In this document: one piece after another, positions 63,920 through 64,000 of the stretch
How positions within the stretch are numbered: position 1 is the first letter of the stretch
Layout of the letters: every line of letters begins with the position of its first letter
DNA from: Eledone cirrhosa
Taxonomy: Eukaryota
Direction of reading: 5' to 3'
Length of the DNA stretch: 64,000 nt
NCBI GenBank assembly: GCA_964016885.1
Contig: CAXHJY010001555.1
Span: 1-64,000, forward strand
Position numbers and translations under genes: made by a program
Notes under the pieces: generated by a model
What the model saw: only the letters and a program-made list of their open reading frames with translations
What the model was told of the DNA's origin: nothing
Database searches by the model: none

Positions 63920-64000
63920 CTGTACTCTCCAGTTCTGGGAACAGTCCACACTTGAACACCTGGTATTAATGGATGCATTATTACTGAATCCAATTTAGTG
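63920..64000 (-). CDS. ALK: Preceding ALK/LTK coding exon (3' part; runs off the window)
   Basis: The minus strand encodes TKLDSVIMHPLIPGVQVWTVPRTGEY then AG|GTAAAA donor, resembling ALK GIQIWKVPATDTYS. The 2-nt overhang AG plus the 1-nt C starting the 35854 exon gives AGC (Ser), so the phases join exactly. Confidence 0.88.

Overview
AT-rich animal genomic DNA, most likely a cephalopod (Octopus-like SINEs and very large (TA)n arrays; inferred, not proven). The whole window lies inside an ALK/LTK-family receptor tyrosine kinase gene on the minus strand. Two glycine-rich-domain exons (63920-64000 partial and 35695-35854) have matching splice phase and are separated by a 28,065-bp intron. The introns are filled with about 20 kb of degenerate (TA)n arrays and many Penelope-like retroelements (PLEs): at least four CxCx5C/GIY-YIG (probably Hydra-clade) copies, a Neptune-like 3' fragment, another PLE RT fragment and several non-coding pLTR foldbacks. 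There are also tRNA-derived SINEs, CR1-like and RTE-like LINE fragments, MITEs and a probable Gypsy LTR with a tRNA-Trp primer-binding site. About 16 type I hammerhead ribozyme (HHR) motifs are visible. The most striking observation is that three sequence-divergent PLE families share an atypical HHR in which stem II is expanded to an 88-90 nt structured domain closed by an N.A mismatch. Nearly all long ORFs in the supplied track over 1-27900 are microsatellite artefacts.
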